The notes under the pieces are model-generated. The model searched no databases. It saw only the letters and a program-made list of their open reading frames with translations, and was not told where the DNA came from. The position numbers and the translations under genes were made by a program. A stretch of DNA of 64,000 nucleotides from Octopus sinensis (Eukaryota), in assembly GCF_006345805.1 (NCBI RefSeq), contig NC_043011.1, positions 35,414,464-35,478,463 on the forward strand, in the 5' to 3' direction. This document shows, piece after piece, positions 63,051-64,000 of this stretch; the stretch's first letter is position 1, and the number at the start of each line of letters is the position of its first letter.

Positions 63051-63380
63051 AACACCTCGTTGTCGATGAGTTAATGTCTTCAAGAAACAAACCAAATAAC
63101 TTGTTTAACAGTTGTTCTGTGTAAATGACTAACACACGTTTCTGTTCAAACAGTAAATCATGTTGTCAATAAATTAACTGATGTAATTGAAGGAGCAAAG
63201 TAGGAAATACATTCAAAACATAAAAAAAAAAGAAAACAAGCAGAAAAAAAAAATTTGAAAGGATGAAAAAAAAATATCTATATATATATATAAAAAAAAA
63301 TTATGTTTCAGCTTATTATAAAGTAATTTTGTAACAGATGAAAATTTTGCCAATTGCCAGATGCTCAGAACTGAAATTAC

Positions 63381-63473
<93 letters not shown>

Positions 63474-63961
63474 GATTATCACTTTCATTTTCATCATCAT
63501 CATCATCATCATTATCATTTGTTAATTTGCTACTATGGAGATAAATAATTGATAGTAAACATGAGATGAAGTTTAGTTGGTTGTTTCACTATGAGTTTGA
63601 CAAAGTTTGGAGTTATATCTTACTTGCAAATCTCATTGTGATATAATATAGTATCTCTTTCTCTCTCTTCCCCTCTCTCTCCCTCCCTCTCTCTCTATCT
63701 ATCTCTCTAGTTTAGAATAGATGTATTAGAAGTTTTCTTATCAATAATTCTGCTGATTCAAACATCGTTCCTCAGACTGCCCTGCAACAGAAAGAAAACT
63801 GTAATAAGAATTGGATGGTGTGAAAGGGTAGTGGTTTGGAATAATTACACTGTGTAATACGATTTTTGTCCTTTGGGTAGTGACTGCTATTTCCTATTTG
63901 CTTACTGTAGGAAGTATGAAAAACGGCTAATATCTCCTTCAAATTTTGCTTTAGTTATATT

Positions 63962-64000
63962 TATTTAAACCCCAAAGAATTCCTCTCAGCACATGGCTAT
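63962..64000 (-). mobile_element. Family E fragment at the window edge
   Basis: aaaccccaaagaattcctctcagcacatggctat. Confidence 0.7.

Overview
AT-rich, microsatellite-dense eukaryotic DNA. Composition and repeat content point to an octopus-like cephalopod (inference from the tRNA-derived SINE families and the TA/CA/AAT tracts). I found no intact host protein-coding gene; almost all ORF-track entries are translated microsatellites. Decayed autonomous transposons: a piggyBac transposase (17873-19859), two mariner transposases (28505-29476 and 38820-39492), Helitron Rep and PIF1 helicase fragments (7640-9605), a Penelope RT plus GIY-YIG element (32755-35390) with three more GIY-YIG remnants, three R4/Dong-clade REL-endonuclease lineages in (AAT)n tracts, a CR1-group LINE 3' end and RTE-like 3' ends. 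Non-autonomous elements: several SINE families, Helitrons and mariner MITEs, often nested. The most interesting signal is structured RNA on small retroelements. There are about nine hammerhead-ribozyme-like motifs of the Penelope minimal/dimeric type, one with an intact core and some fused downstream of a tRNA-like head. There is also a TSD-bounded 260-nt element whose exact 5' end begins a G.U-closed 7-bp helix, as in HDV-like ribozymes. Other notable items: a 240-bp near-perfect palindrome, a ~555-bp (TAA)n-targeted family with no tRNA head, a Helitron with two terminators, a 21/27-nt minisatellite rich in STAT-like sites and a truncated tRNA-Met. All alignments and translations were done by eye; coordinates of degraded elements are approximate.
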